Positions 1 through 9,444 of a stretch of DNA of 64,000 nucleotides are shown here, one piece after another. How positions within the stretch are numbered: the first letter of the stretch is position 1; the number at the start of each line of letters is the position of its first letter. A program made the translations under genes and the position numbers. The stretch is from assembly GCA_039796155.1 (NCBI GenBank), contig JBDKKJ010000009.1:15077-79076 (forward strand), read 5' to 3'. The notes below the pieces were generated by a model that was not told the DNA's origin, searched no databases, and saw nothing but the letters and a program-made list of their open reading frames with translations. The stretch is from Candidatus Parcubacteria bacterium. Lineage in GTDB: Bacteria > Patescibacteriota > Minisyncoccia > Phycocordibacterales > UBA6065.

Positions 1-696
1 CGCGCCGTCCGTGATGCTACAAAAAATGCCGGCGCGCGCGAAGTGCACATCGTCGAACAACCAATGGCCGCAGCTATCGGTATCAAACTTCCTATCCATG
101 ATCCAGCAGGAAACATGGTTATTGATATTGGAGGGGGAACAACCGACATTGCGGTGATTTCACTTGGTGGTGTTGTTCGTTCAAAATCTCTTAAAATTGC
201 CGGCGACAAACTCAATACCGACATCATTTCATACATTCGAAACGAATTTAAAATCCTTATTGGTGAAAAGACTGCAGAAGAAGTAAAGATTGCTATCGGA
301 GTTATTGTTCCAGACGATGTACCACACGAAGCGTCTATTCGTGGACGCGACCTTGTCACAGGTCTTCCACGCGAAGTGGTTTTGACTGACGCTGATATCC
401 GCGAAGCCGTCTCACAATCAATCGACAACCTTATCGATTCTGTTAAAGAAGTACTCGAAACAACTCCACCTGAAATCATGGCTGATGTTATGCACCGAGG
501 CATATACCTTGTCGGTGGTGGAGCACTCATTCGTGGCCTCGACAAGCTCATTGAAGAGTTTGTAAAGATTCCTGTTCATATCGCTGATGATCCTCTTACG
601 GCTGTAGCACGTGGCACAGGAATCATTCTCGAAGACCTCGACAAATATCAGGACGTCCTCATCCAAAACGAAGATGACCTACCTAAAGCGAACTAA
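1..696 (+). CDS. mreB: Rod-shape protein MreB (actin-like), 5' end cut by the window edge
   Basis: Frame 1 is open from nt 1 (RAVRDATKNAGAREVHIVEQPMAAAIG...). Motifs DIGGGTTDIAVISLGGVV and LVGGGALIRGLD are present. It is followed by mreC-mreD-mrdA. Confidence 0.9.
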   Translation, partial: RAVRDATKNAGAREVHIVEQPMAAAIGIKLPIHDPAGNMVIDIGGGTTDIAVISLGGVVRSKSLKIAGDKLNTDIISYIRNEFKILIGEKTAEEVKIAIGVIVPDDVPHEASIRGRDLVTGLPREVVLTDADIREAVSQSIDNLIDSVKEVLETTPPEIMADVMHRGIYLVGGGALIRGLDKLIEEFVKIPVHIADDPLTAVARGTGIILEDLDKYQDVLIQNEDDLPKAN

Positions 697-1474
697 CGTC
701 AACGCCCAGCGAAGTCGAGTCACCACGCTTTTCATTTCCCTTGTTATTCTGGGTCTCTTTTTAATACATTACATTTTCCCGGGAGCATATGCGGGACTCT
801 TTTACCCTATAACAAGCGCATTTTGGAAATCTGAGACGGGAGTACTTGGTTTCTTCTCTCACATGGCAAAAATCGTGGTCTCAAAGTACTCGCTCGTAAA
901 GGAAAACGAGCGACTTATTCAAGAGGTCGCATCTCGCGACGCATCAGCCCTACTTGTTGATTCTCTTAAAGATGAAAATGAGACACTGAAAGCAACTCTT
1001 GGTCGCACAGGAAATGGAAATGATATCCTGGGTGTTGTTTTGTCACGGCCACCGTTTTCTGTGTACGATACAATCGTAATTGATGTCGGTCGTACTGATG
1101 GTCTTCAGGTTGGTAACAAGGTTTACGTAGAAGGCGACACTCTTATTGGTGATGTTGTTGAAGTGTATGATCATCAAGCAAAGGTAAGTCTCTTTTCGAC
1201 TCCTGGTCGGCAGATGTCGGTGCTCGTCGGTAAAACAAATATTTCTGCACAGGCGACAGGACGAGGGCTCGGGAACTTTGTGATTCATTTACCTGTCGAG
1301 GTTGGCGTTCAAGAAAACGATATCATTCTCCTCCCACAGATCCGTCCGCATACATTCGGGGTTGTCGAAACTGTACTTGTTGACTCATCAGACTCTCTCC
1401 AGACAATACTTTTTAAGTCGCCGGTAAACATAAATAGTCTTCGATTTGTTGAGGTGGATAGAAACAGTAAATAA
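674..1474 (+). CDS. mreC: Rod-shape protein MreC
   Basis: ATG at 674 (MTYLKRTNV...) overlaps the mreB end by 23 nt. N-terminal TM segment, coiled-coil stretch, then a beta-rich C-terminus (GDVVEVYDHQAKVSLFSTPG). Position between mreB and mreD. The track start at 611 is probably too early. Confidence 0.75.
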   Translation: MTYLKRTNVNAQRSRVTTLFISLVILGLFLIHYIFPGAYAGLFYPITSAFWKSETGVLGFFSHMAKIVVSKYSLVKENERLIQEVASRDASALLVDSLKDENETLKATLGRTGNGNDILGVVLSRPPFSVYDTIVIDVGRTDGLQVGNKVYVEGDTLIGDVVEVYDHQAKVSLFSTPGRQMSVLVGKTNISAQATGRGLGNFVIHLPVEVGVQENDIILLPQIRPHTFGVVETVLVDSSDSLQTILFKSPVNINSLRFVEVDRNSK

Positions 1475-1726
1475 ATGAGAATCGCTTTTAATATAGGTCT
1501 TATAATCTCCATTTTGTACTTGCCGTGGTGGGTAGGTGCTCTTATTCTTCTTGTTGCCTGCTTTATGATTGAACGTTTCTACGAGGCCTTTCTGTATGGA
1601 ATACTTACTGACGCACTCTACGGAACCAGTCTCGGCATTCACGCCATTATGTATGTGGCGTCGCTCTACAGTCTTGTGGTTTTTTGCCTTGCAGCCTTTC
1701 TGAGGGACAAGTTGTCGTGGCAATAA
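1475..1726 (+). CDS. mreD: Small polytopic membrane protein, MreD-like by position
   Basis: 83 aa, almost entirely hydrophobic. It starts 1 nt after the mreC stop and lies between mreC and mrdA. Confidence 0.5.
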   Translation: MRIAFNIGLIISILYLPWWVGALILLVACFMIERFYEAFLYGILTDALYGTSLGIHAIMYVASLYSLVVFCLAAFLRDKLSWQ

Positions 1727-1749
1727 CCAAGAAGTGTTAGAATACGTTT

Positions 1750-3480
1750 GTGAATTTTTTACGCCGACAAAAGTCATGTATACGGCAGGAAATTGATCCT
1801 GACGAGATATTCTTGGATTCAACGAATCTTCCTGGTCTTGATGTTGATCAGTTTGAAGGAAGAATTGAGAAGCCTATATCGCTTGGAACAATCATCACAC
1901 TGTCATCAGTGTTTCTTCTGCTTATGGCTGTCCTGTTGGGTAAAGCATGGTTCCTTCAGGCTAAAGAGGGGGAGCGATTTAGCGAACTCAGTAAGAATAA
2001 TAGTTTTGATCAGACTGTTATATACGCAGAGCGTGGAGCGATCTTTGATCGAAATGGAAACAAGCTTGCATGGAATACGATTGATCCTAAAGAACCGGAT
2101 TTTTCTGCACGCGCATATACCAAGGATTCTGGTTTTGGTCATATCCTCGGTTATATAAAGTATCCAACTAAAGACAAGAAGGGAAATTACTATCAAAAGA
2201 ACTTCCAGGGCGTGTCAGGTCTTGAAAAATATTTTAACGACGCGCTCCAGGGTTCACATGGACTTAAAATTATTCAGTCTAATGCACTCGGTGCCGTTGA
2301 TTCTGAATCTGTAATTCGTCCTGCAATAGATGGTGCCAATCTCACTCTGTCTGTCGATGCACCGGTTCAAAAGAAGCTTCATGAAGCAATCGCCGGCCTT
2401 GCTGAACGAGTTGGATTTAGTGGAGGTGGGGGAATTATCATGGATATTCATACGGGCGAAGTTATTGCGTTAACCTCATATCCTGAATATAAAAGTTTAG
2501 TCATGGTTGAAGGTTCAGACAGCAAAACAATCTCAAAGTACCTCACTGATACACGCAAACCACTCTTTAATCGTGTGCTTTCTGGACTCTACACGCCGGG
2601 TTCGATTGTAAAGCCATACGTTGCTCTAGCAGCTCTCGAGGAGGGAGTTATTAGTCCAGAAACTCAGATTTTGAGCACGGGTTCAATCAGTATTCCAAAC
2701 CCGTATGATCCAAAACGAAAGACAACTTTCATGGACTGGAAGGCGCACGGACTGGTTGATATGCGTAAGGCAATTGCCGTGTCTTCAAATGTGTATTTTT
2801 ATGAAATAGGAGGAGGCTTTGAAGGTCAAAAAGGTGTCGGTATTGAAAAGCTAAACACATACTTTAGTATGTTTGGTTTTGGTAAAGGAACTGATGATGG
2901 ATTTTTTGCTAGTCCAAAGGGAACGGTACCTTCACCAACGTGGAAGGATAGAGTTTTTCCAGGAGACCCGTGGAGAATCGGAGATACCTACTTTACTTCA
3001 ATCGGACAGTACGGTTTCCAGGTGACGCCATTACAAATGATTCGTTCTATTTCGACAATTGCAAACGGAGGCACGTATCTTGCGCCATCCATTCTTAAAT
3101 TTTCAACATCGACGCCGATTGTAAGCGAAGAAATTCCTGTTGACTCCGCAAACTTTAAGATTGTGCGTGAGGGTATGCGGCAAGGTGCACTTACTGGAAG
3201 CGCGAGTGGTTTGAATGTGCCGTATGTCCAAATAGCTGCAAAAACCGGTACCGCCGAACTTGGAGTTTCAAAATCTTTCGTGAATTCATGGGTTACTGGC
3301 TTTTTCCCCTATGAAAACCCTCAATATGCATTCGTGGTCGTAATGGAACGAGGTCCTCGAACTAACATTTACGGTGCAACATATGTGATGAGAGAGCTTT
3401 TCGACTGGATGAACACATACTATCCAAAATATATTACAGGAACTAAGTCAAAGGTGGTGGAGGATAGCACCACACCTTAG
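1750..3480 (+). CDS. mrdA: Class B penicillin-binding protein 2 (elongation transpeptidase)
   Basis: GTG start, N-terminal TM, and transpeptidase motifs S-I-V-K (TPGSIVKP), S-S-N (VSSNVYF) and K-T-G-T (AKTGTAE). It follows mreBCD. Confidence 0.85.
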   Translation: MNFLRRQKSCIRQEIDPDEIFLDSTNLPGLDVDQFEGRIEKPISLGTIITLSSVFLLLMAVLLGKAWFLQAKEGERFSELSKNNSFDQTVIYAERGAIFDRNGNKLAWNTIDPKEPDFSARAYTKDSGFGHILGYIKYPTKDKKGNYYQKNFQGVSGLEKYFNDALQGSHGLKIIQSNALGAVDSESVIRPAIDGANLTLSVDAPVQKKLHEAIAGLAERVGFSGGGGIIMDIHTGEVIALTSYPEYKSLVMVEGSDSKTISKYLTDTRKPLFNRVLSGLYTPGSIVKPYVALAALEEGVISPETQILSTGSISIPNPYDPKRKTTFMDWKAHGLVDMRKAIAVSSNVYFYEIGGGFEGQKGVGIEKLNTYFSMFGFGKGTDDGFFASPKGTVPSPTWKDRVFPGDPWRIGDTYFTSIGQYGFQVTPLQMIRSISTIANGGTYLAPSILKFSTSTPIVSEEIPVDSANFKIVREGMRQGALTGSASGLNVPYVQIAAKTGTAELGVSKSFVNSWVTGFFPYENPQYAFVVVMERGPRTNIYGATYVMRELFDWMNTYYPKYITGTKSKVVEDSTTP

Positions 3481-3552
3481 AAGATTAATACCTTGGTTAA
3501 AAGCCTGTTTTGTGCTATCATGGCCTGATTAACGCATAAAAAGACGACTCAC

Positions 3553-4029
3553 ATGGATACCACAAAGGACACAACGAAATACCTTACGAAAGAAAAGTAC
3601 AAGGAATTGGAAAAAGAACTTGTTGAGTTAAAGACCGTAAAGCGTAAAGAAGTTGCTGCAAATCTCGAATACGCACGATCATTGGGAGACCTTTCTGAAA
3701 ACGCAGAATACCAGGAAGCTCGTGAAATTCAGGCTACTATCGAGGACCGCATTGCGAACATTGAAAATACTCTAAAGACCGCTGAAATCGTTCACGATAT
3801 GCACGGTGATCACGTTACAATCGGTTCACACGTAAACGTTGAAAAGCAGGGTGCAAAGGGAATTATGAAATTCAAAATCGTAGGTTCAGACGAAGTGAAT
3901 ACTACCGAAGGAAAGATTTCAAACCAGTCTCCACTCGGATCAGTACTCATCGGCAAGAAGCGTGGTGACTCTGTTTCAGTAAAGACTCCAAAAGGAACCA
4001 TTACCTACAAGATCGTTTCAGTAGAATAG
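3553..4029 (+). CDS. greA: Transcription elongation factor GreA
   Basis: 158 aa with an N-terminal coiled coil containing LGDLSENAEYQEARE and a C-terminal FKBP-like domain (SNQSPLGSVLIGKKRGDSV). Confidence 0.9.
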   Translation: MDTTKDTTKYLTKEKYKELEKELVELKTVKRKEVAANLEYARSLGDLSENAEYQEAREIQATIEDRIANIENTLKTAEIVHDMHGDHVTIGSHVNVEKQGAKGIMKFKIVGSDEVNTTEGKISNQSPLGSVLIGKKRGDSVSVKTPKGTITYKIVSVE

Positions 4030-4046
4030 GTCTCATATCACAGAAG

Positions 4047-4076
4047 AAAGACTCATAGCAAAAGAGTCTTTTTTCT
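4047..4076 (+). terminator. Intrinsic terminator after greA
   Basis: Stem aaagactc (4047-4054) pairs with gagtcttt (4064-4071) and runs into a T-run. Confidence 0.6.
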
Positions 4077-4110
4077 TGTATTCTTAATCCATTATTCATT
4101 TCAACGCTTT

Positions 4111-5571
4111 ATGGCATCACTCGAAGAAATACGCGCAGGAAGACTAACAAAGCTCGAGCTTTTAAAGAAAGCGGGCGTAAATCCGTTTCCTATTGAAACT
4201 CATCGCAAGCATGAGCTCTCAACAATAAAGGCAGACTTCGACAAACTTCTCGGCAAAGGAGATGTTGTTTTGGCTGGTCGTATCATGGCTATCCGTGGAC
4301 AGGGTGCGATTCAGTTCGTACCACTCTTTGACGGTACTGCAACATTTCAGGCTGTGGTAAAGAAAGATGTTCTCGATGAAAAACTCTTCTCACTCTTTGA
4401 GAACGCGGTTGATATTGGTGACATTGTTGAAGTGTCAGGCGAACTCTTTTTGACTCTTAAAGGGGAGAAAAGTCTTTTGGTTAAAAGCTGGAGAATGCTC
4501 GCAAAGTCACTTCGACCGCTTCCGGAGAAATGGAATGGTCTTCAGGATATAGAAGAGCGTTTCCGCCGACGATATCTCGATACCGTGATGTCAGAAGTCA
4601 TCCGCAGCCGATTTGTTATTCGAAGCAAGACTGTTAGTGTTATTCGAAGTGTTCTCGACAAAGCGGGGTATCTTGAAGTAGAAACCCCAGCACTTCAGCC
4701 ACTTGCAGGAGGTACAAACGCTGAACCGTTCAAGACGCACCACAATGCTCTCGACATTGACCTCTTCCTTCGCATTGCACCTGAGCTCTATCTAAAGAAG
4801 CTTCTTATTGGAGGTTTTCCAAAGGTCTATGAAATCGGCCGAAACTTTCGTAATGAAGGTATCGACGTAACTCACAATCCTGAGTTCACTATGCTTGAAT
4901 TTTATGAAGCATTCAGCACAGCGGCAAAGCAGATGGTTTTTGTTGAAAAAATGTTCCAGGAAATTGTTTCTAAAGTACTTGGTGGTGATGAAATTGATAC
5001 AGGGGAAGTAAAGATTGGTTTTTCAAAACCATTTGAACGAATTACCTACAAGGACTTGGTTACTAGGGATGCGGGCTTTGATCCGATAACTACACCTATT
5101 GATGAAGTGGTAAAGAAGGCGCGAAAGCTCGGTGTTAAAGTTGAACCTTCTGATTCTCGAGAGAAGATTATCGACAATATGTATAAGAAGGTGAGCCGAC
5201 CAAAGATTATTCAGCCTACATTCATTACTGACTATCCGGTAAATATGCTTCCTCTCGCAAAGCGATCTGAAAAAGATCCTTCTGTGGTGGATGTATTCCA
5301 GCTCGTGATTGGTGGAATGGAATTGGTAAAGGCATTCTCTGAATTGAATGATCCTATTGATCAGCGTGAACGATTTACTAAAGAAGAAGCTAATGCAAAA
5401 GCCGGTGATGCAGAAGCTCAGCCAAACGATGAAGAATTCATTGAAGCTCTTGAATACGGTATGCCACCAGCGGGTGGAGTGGGGATTGGAATCGATCGAC
5501 TCTGTATGCTTCTTACGAATACAAAGAACATTAAAGAGGTGATTTTGTTCCCAACGATGCGACCTCGGTAG
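4111..5571 (+). CDS. lysS: Lysyl-tRNA synthetase, class II
   Basis: 486 aa with an OB anticodon-binding N-terminus and class II motifs (FRNEGIDVTHNPEFTMLEFY; GMPPAGGVGIGIDRL). Confidence 0.93.
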   Translation: MASLEEIRAGRLTKLELLKKAGVNPFPIETHRKHELSTIKADFDKLLGKGDVVLAGRIMAIRGQGAIQFVPLFDGTATFQAVVKKDVLDEKLFSLFENAVDIGDIVEVSGELFLTLKGEKSLLVKSWRMLAKSLRPLPEKWNGLQDIEERFRRRYLDTVMSEVIRSRFVIRSKTVSVIRSVLDKAGYLEVETPALQPLAGGTNAEPFKTHHNALDIDLFLRIAPELYLKKLLIGGFPKVYEIGRNFRNEGIDVTHNPEFTMLEFYEAFSTAAKQMVFVEKMFQEIVSKVLGGDEIDTGEVKIGFSKPFERITYKDLVTRDAGFDPITTPIDEVVKKARKLGVKVEPSDSREKIIDNMYKKVSRPKIIQPTFITDYPVNMLPLAKRSEKDPSVVDVFQLVIGGMELVKAFSELNDPIDQRERFTKEEANAKAGDAEAQPNDEEFIEALEYGMPPAGGVGIGIDRLCMLLTNTKNIKEVILFPTMRPR

Positions 5572-5588
5572 CCTGTAAAGACAAAAAA

Positions 5589-5619
5589 GCGCCGGACCCT
5601 ACGGGTCCGGCGCTTTTTT
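5589..5619 (+). terminator. Intrinsic terminator after lysS
   Basis: Perfect 11-bp GC-rich stem gcgccggaccc / gggtccggcgc with loop tac, followed by TTTTTT. Confidence 0.85.
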
Positions 5620-5633
5620 ATTACAAATTTTTT

Positions 5634-5724
5634 GTGGTGAAATCTTATCCACAGTTTATGTGGAATATCGTGTATCATTGTGGGACAAAGTGTTATAAAA
5701 TATATGCTAAGTGGGAAAAGGTGG
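5634..5724 (+). promoter_or_regulatory. Array of GTGG(G) boxes upstream of mraZ (candidate MraZ operator)
   Basis: GTGG/GTGGG at 5634, 5660, 5680, 5711 and 5721, spaced about 26, 20, 31 and 10 nt, in the lysS-mraZ spacer. Confidence 0.3.
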
Positions 5725-5901
5725 AAGATATTATTTTTCACATTAAATACCCACGGTACCATGCGAATTATTCAAACTGTTTCTAAAGTTCTCACTAGCT
5801 TTGGAACTCTTGAGATAAAGGTTACGCAGGTGAAAGGTCTTCGATTGCGAAAGAAGGTCGCGGTCCGAAGATAGAAGTTATTTTTGCCGAAAGGCGCACA
5901 C

Positions 5902-6336
5902 ATGCTCATAGGCGAATACACACATTCGATAGACGAAAAAAATCGTATATCACTCCCGGTTAAATTCCGAGAGAAGATGGGAAAGAAAGTCGTGGTCACT
6001 CCTGGCCTCGATCATTGTCTTTTCGTGTTCACGCCAAAAGAGTGGGAGAAGATTGCCGGCAAGCTCTCAGATGCTTCGTTCGGACAGTCAGATACCCGAT
6101 CGTTCTCGCGATTCATGTTCGGAGGTGCTGTCGAAGCAGATATCGACTCGATTGGACGCATTCTTGTTCCTGACTTTCTTCAGGAATGGGCAAGCTTGAA
6201 GGGCAAGGTTGCTGTAGTTGGTGTTTCATCACGCGTCGAAATCTGGAACGACAAGGCTTGGGGTCAGTACAAGAAGGGTGTTGAAGGTAAGGCTGGTGCA
6301 TTGGCTGAAAAGCTTGGCCAGATAGGCGTACTCTAA
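5902..6336 (+). CDS. mraZ: Transcriptional regulator MraZ
   Basis: MLIGEYTHSIDEKNRISLPVKFR... with a second SpoVT/AbrB-like half (DSIGRILVPDFL). I prefer ATG 5902 over the TTG at 5884. It is first in the dcw block. Confidence 0.9.
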   Translation: MLIGEYTHSIDEKNRISLPVKFREKMGKKVVVTPGLDHCLFVFTPKEWEKIAGKLSDASFGQSDTRSFSRFMFGGAVEADIDSIGRILVPDFLQEWASLKGKVAVVGVSSRVEIWNDKAWGQYKKGVEGKAGALAEKLGQIGVL

Positions 6337-6341
6337 AAAGT

Positions 6342-7229
6342 ATGCACGAATCAGTTCTTTTACATGAGACGGTAGACGGACTCGAGCTCCAGGCGGGCGA
6401 TATTGTCGTCGATGGAACTTTGGGACGCGCAGGTCACTCACTCGAGGCTTTTAAAGTACAGCCAAAAATTTTCATATTAGGCATCGATAGAGACGACGAC
6501 GCTCTCACAGAGTCAAAGGTAAAGCTTGATGCGGTTGGTGCTTCTTTCAAACTTTGTAAAGGAAACTTCCGCGATATGGATGTCTTTCTTAAAGAAGCTG
6601 GAAAAGATCACGCAAACAAAATCATGCTCGACCTCGGAGTTTCGTCACCACACCTTGATTCATCAGGTAGAGGATTCTCATTTCGTTTTGATGAACCTCT
6701 TCTTATGACCATGGAGAAAAATCCTGGCAAAGATTTATTCACCGCTCGCGACATTGTGAATGGCTGGACTGAAGAAGACATTGCAAACGTTATCTACGCA
6801 TACGGCGAAGAACACTATGCTCGTCGTATTGCAAAGAAGATTGTTGAGGCTCGTGCAGTTTCTCCAATCGAAACCACATTCGCTCTGGTTGATATCGTAA
6901 AGAGTGCGGTTCCTGGAGCTTACAAGAAGGGCAAGACTCATCCTGCAACAAAGACCTTCCAAGCTCTTCGAATCGCGGTTAATGACGAGTTGGGAAGCCT
7001 TAAAAAAGGTCTCACCACAGCGTTCTCTGTCCTTGCTCCTGGTGGACGACTCGCGGTCATCTCATTCCACAGCCTCGAAGACCGAATCGCCAAGGTACTT
7101 ATGAAGGAATGGGAGAAAGAGGGTCTCGGCAAGCAATCAACAAAGAAACCGATTATCCCCACAGACAAGGAGATGGAAAAGAATCCAAGGTCACGCAGTT
7201 CAAAACTTAGAATTTTTATAAAGCAGTAG
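6342..7229 (+). CDS. rsmH: 16S rRNA (cytosine1402-N4)-methyltransferase RsmH/MraW
   Basis: HESVLLHETVDGL..., DGTLGRAGHS, DLGVSSPHLD, ISFHSLEDRI. Confidence 0.92.
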   Translation: MHESVLLHETVDGLELQAGDIVVDGTLGRAGHSLEAFKVQPKIFILGIDRDDDALTESKVKLDAVGASFKLCKGNFRDMDVFLKEAGKDHANKIMLDLGVSSPHLDSSGRGFSFRFDEPLLMTMEKNPGKDLFTARDIVNGWTEEDIANVIYAYGEEHYARRIAKKIVEARAVSPIETTFALVDIVKSAVPGAYKKGKTHPATKTFQALRIAVNDELGSLKKGLTTAFSVLAPGGRLAVISFHSLEDRIAKVLMKEWEKEGLGKQSTKKPIIPTDKEMEKNPRSRSSKLRIFIKQ

Positions 7230-7254
7230 AAGCATTATTAGTCACACACAACAT

Positions 7255-7575
7255 ATGACACAGTACGTTACAGCAAAAGTAGAGACATTAGAAAAACCAA
7301 TCACCATGTGGGCTTTGATTGGTATTGCTGGAATGCTTTTGTGTGTATATGTGTACTTTGTGAGTGGTGCTGTGGCTAATGCTATTGCTGCTAAGGACAT
7401 GCAGTCTCAGATTGCTGTGTTGACCTCTTCTATTGGAGGCCTTGAATCTTCATACCTCGCTGCAAAGTCATCTCTCACCCTCGAATCAGCTTTGGCTTCT
7501 GGCTATTCTGAACCAACTGAAGTCGCAGTCTACGTAGCAAAGAAATCTCCTACAGCTCTCTCATTCAATCGCTAG
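7255..7575 (+). CDS. Small bitopic membrane protein in the FtsL position
   Basis: 106 aa with one TM (MWALIGIAGMLLCVYVYFV) followed by a helical segment. It lies between rsmH and ftsI. Assignment is by position only. Confidence 0.4.
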   Translation: MTQYVTAKVETLEKPITMWALIGIAGMLLCVYVYFVSGAVANAIAAKDMQSQIAVLTSSIGGLESSYLAAKSSLTLESALASGYSEPTEVAVYVAKKSPTALSFNR

Positions 7576-7590
7576 TTTTTTGTAATTATT

Positions 7591-9306
7591 ATGGGTTCGC
7601 TTAGAAACGAGAGGATAAAATTGCTCGGTATTGGGATAACTGTATTTGCAGTTATTCTTGTTGGCCGACTTTATTACGTGCAGATTATGAAAAATCAGGC
7701 ATATCTCGATCAGGCGGATAGACAGTATGTGCGTAAAGGGCAAGCAATATTTGATCGTGGTTCTATTTTCTTTAGTGCTAAAGATGGAAACCTAGTTTCA
7801 GCCGCTACACTCAAGACTGGGTATACGATTGCACTTGAACCTAAAAAAATTACTCAACCTGAAGATGTCTACAATGCACTCTCAGGAATTTTAACGTTTG
7901 ATGAATCAACGCTTCTTACCAAAATTGATAACACTGATGATTCATACGAGGAGATTGCAAAGAGGACAGATGAAGAGACGGCAAAAAGAATTACCGCACT
8001 CAACCTCAAAGGCGTCAGTCAGTTTAAAGAGCGTTGGAGATACTATCCTGGTGGAAAAACTGCGGCCCAAGTACTCGGCTTTACCGGTTTCGCTGCTGAT
8101 GGAGTGACACATAACGGCCGTTACGGACTTGAAAAGTATTACAACGACGTGCTTTTGCGTGACTCATCTGATTTGTATGTAAACTTCTTTGCGCAGATCT
8201 TTTCTAATTTGAGTAATGCCTTCTTTAAAGATGAAAAGTCACAAGGTGATATTGTTACAACTATTGAACCAGCTGTTCAGCATGAGTTGGAGGGGAAGCT
8301 GGCGGGTGTCGTGAGTAAATGGAATTCTGACCTGACAGGAGGAATTATCATGGACCCCTACACAGGTGAAATTCTTGCTATGGCGGTCACCCCTGTCTTT
8401 GATCCAAATGATTTGTCTAAAGAAAAAACCACGTCTATATTCGGAAACCCTATGGTTGATCGCGTCTACGAAATGGGATCAATTATAAAGCCTTTGGCCA
8501 TGGCTGCAGGTATCGATGCGGGTGTAGTCACACCGAAAACCACCTATGATGACAAGGGGTTTGTACTCGTAAATGGTGCAAAGGTTTCAAACTTCGACGG
8601 CAAGGGTCGTGGAATTGTGAACATGCAGCAAGTGCTCAATGATTCACTCAACACCGGTATGGCTTTTGTAACAGGGAAGCTTGGCAACGAAAGACTGACT
8701 GACTATTTCATGTCATATGGATTCGGACAGGAAACAGGTATTGATTTACCAGGTGAAATTCGTGGACTTGTTTCAAACCTCAAGAGTCCTCGTGATATTG
8801 AACATGTGACCGCTTCATTCGGTCAGGGTATTGCTATGACGCCTATCGAGACTGTACGTGCTCTTGCAGCACTGGGGAACGGAGGGTTTTTGCCGAGTCC
8901 GCATGTGGTAAAGAAAATAAATTACACATCAGGTATTTCAAAAACAATTACGTATGACCCTTCAGGGCCAGTGCTCAAGCCTGAGACTTCAAAAACAATT
9001 ACAGATATGCTTGTGCATGTGGTGGATACAGCGCTTCTCGGTGGTACGGTTAAAAATCCGCGCTACTCGGTAGCTGCTAAAACAGGAACGGCACAGATGG
9101 CTAAAGAATCGGGTGGAGGGTACTACACTGACCGCTATTTGCACTCATTTTTTGGATATTTTCCAGCGTACAAACCTCGTTTCGTGATCTTCCTTTTTAC
9201 AGTGTATCCAAAGGGGGCACAGTATGCGTCACATACTCTGACACAGCCTTTTATTGACCTGGAGAAGTTTTTAATCAATTATTACGAGATACCGCCAGAC
9301 CGGTAG
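7591..9306 (+). CDS. ftsI: Class B penicillin-binding protein (FtsI/PBP3-like division transpeptidase)
   Basis: N-terminal TM with motifs S-I-I-K (MGSIIKP), S-L-N (NDSLNTG) and K-T-G-T (AKTGTAQ), in dcw context. Confidence 0.85.
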   Translation: MGSLRNERIKLLGIGITVFAVILVGRLYYVQIMKNQAYLDQADRQYVRKGQAIFDRGSIFFSAKDGNLVSAATLKTGYTIALEPKKITQPEDVYNALSGILTFDESTLLTKIDNTDDSYEEIAKRTDEETAKRITALNLKGVSQFKERWRYYPGGKTAAQVLGFTGFAADGVTHNGRYGLEKYYNDVLLRDSSDLYVNFFAQIFSNLSNAFFKDEKSQGDIVTTIEPAVQHELEGKLAGVVSKWNSDLTGGIIMDPYTGEILAMAVTPVFDPNDLSKEKTTSIFGNPMVDRVYEMGSIIKPLAMAAGIDAGVVTPKTTYDDKGFVLVNGAKVSNFDGKGRGIVNMQQVLNDSLNTGMAFVTGKLGNERLTDYFMSYGFGQETGIDLPGEIRGLVSNLKSPRDIEHVTASFGQGIAMTPIETVRALAALGNGGFLPSPHVVKKINYTSGISKTITYDPSGPVLKPETSKTITDMLVHVVDTALLGGTVKNPRYSVAAKTGTAQMAKESGGGYYTDRYLHSFFGYFPAYKPRFVIFLFTVYPKGAQYASHTLTQPFIDLEKFLINYYEIPPDR

Positions 9307-9441
9307 TCTGTTGGGAGCCAGAGAAAGCTCTCTGTCAGGTACGGATAATTCGCTTGGGGCGAATTTCCTCACTCTCGCGCCGTCGCGCTCCGAGAGCCCC
9401 TCCCGAAAGCTTTCTCTGGCTCCCGCCGAATACTGGTCTGG
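9295..9441 (+). other. Highly structured intergenic element between ftsI and murF
   Basis: Perfect 17-bp helix gggagccagagaaagct (9313-9329) / agctttctctggctccc (9408-9424). It encloses at least two inner hairpins. An outer pairing ccagaccggta / tactggtctgg brackets the whole element. Confidence 0.45.
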
Positions 9442-9444
9442 GCT

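Noticed and set aside
674-696. The 23-nt mreB/mreC overlap, together with other short gene overlaps (12852, 49680, 54775-54784, 62160-62173).
   Set aside because: These are ordinary translational coupling in a compact genome and are not reported as findings.
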